Shown here piece by piece: positions 63,415 to 64,000 of a stretch of DNA of 64,000 bases. Position numbers and translations under genes: made by a program. Source of the stretch: Octopus sinensis (lineage: Eukaryota); contig NC_043002.1 of assembly GCF_006345805.1 (NCBI RefSeq), positions 74,896,001 to 74,960,000 of the forward strand, in the 5' to 3' direction. Positions within the stretch are counted from its first letter, which is position 1. Every line of letters starts with the position of its first letter. The notes below the pieces were generated by a model, which was not told where the DNA came from, ran no database searches, and saw nothing but the letters and a program-made list of their open reading frames with translations.

Positions 63415-63465
63415 ATATATTGATATATTTGTGTGTGTGTGTATCTGTCTATCTATCTATGTGTT

Positions 63466-63504
<39 letters not shown>

Positions 63505-63555
63505 GGAGAGGTAGAGAGAGAGAGATATGTATATGTGTGTGTATGTATATATATA

Positions 63556-63599
<44 letters not shown>

Positions 63600-63640
63600 T
63601 ATATGTGTGTGTATGTATATATATGTGTGTATGTGTCTGT
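63415..63640. repeat. Compound (TG)n/(TA)n/(GA)n microsatellite with a short internal duplication
   Basis: GAGAGAGA-TATGTATATGTGTGTGTATGTATATATAT occurs twice (about 63518 and 63590). Confidence 0.9.
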
Positions 63641-64000
63641 ATAATCTTTGCTTAGTGTGCACCAATGCAGCTATAAACACATCTAAACACATGTGCACAC
63701 ACATACATGTATGCAAAAATATATGCATACAGTAACACAAACACATCATGTATACACATACATATACAAAAGAGAAAAATACCAGCAAGCTATAAATTGT
63801 TTAATTGCTTGAGTCTAATTCTAATTCATTGCCAGTACTTTCATCCTTCTCTTGTCCTACCACTTCCCAACAGCTGTCTCTTTCCACTGGACTGACTAAT
63901 GGACTGATTTTTGTCTGCATAGTAACGAAGATTTGCTAATCCTGCAGCTAATTTTATATGAAAATATGTATGTCATGAAGGGTCAGCTGCACCCCCTACC

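Overview
AT-rich, microsatellite-dense animal genomic DNA, not prokaryotic: no operons, rRNA, intact tRNA or CRISPR. The repeat families resemble those I recall from Octopus (coleoid cephalopod) genomes; that assignment is from memory, not a search. The window looks like a long intron or intergenic stretch. It contains many tRNA-headed SINE copies, 5'-truncated RTE-clade LINE ends with (GAT)n tails, and a second Rex3/Expander-like RTE remnant. It also has a decayed CR1/Jockey-group RT fragment lacking its catalytic core, piggyBac-type (TTAA) MITEs, a hAT MITE with an 8-bp TSD, a pogo/Tigger-like non-autonomous element and a Helitron-like 5' end. Labels A, B, C (SINEs), D (RTE 3' tail) and E are my own in-window names. 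I could not recognise any conserved host protein-coding exon. Nearly all ORFs in the track are microsatellite or SINE read-throughs, and a few short candidate exons are given at low confidence. Four observations stand out. (1) A perfect 119-bp inverted duplication of unique sequence (34528-34646 / 35283-35401) is fused to the 5' truncation point of a young RTE copy, suggesting a template switch at insertion. (2) A CpG-decayed minimal hammerhead-ribozyme motif of the Penelope type lies at 45367-45397, with a weaker second motif at 23172. (3) A gapless 72-bp SINE fold-back hairpin lies at 44114-44264. (4) A CpG-rich candidate exon at 55338-55428 encodes a spectrin-repeat-like motif.
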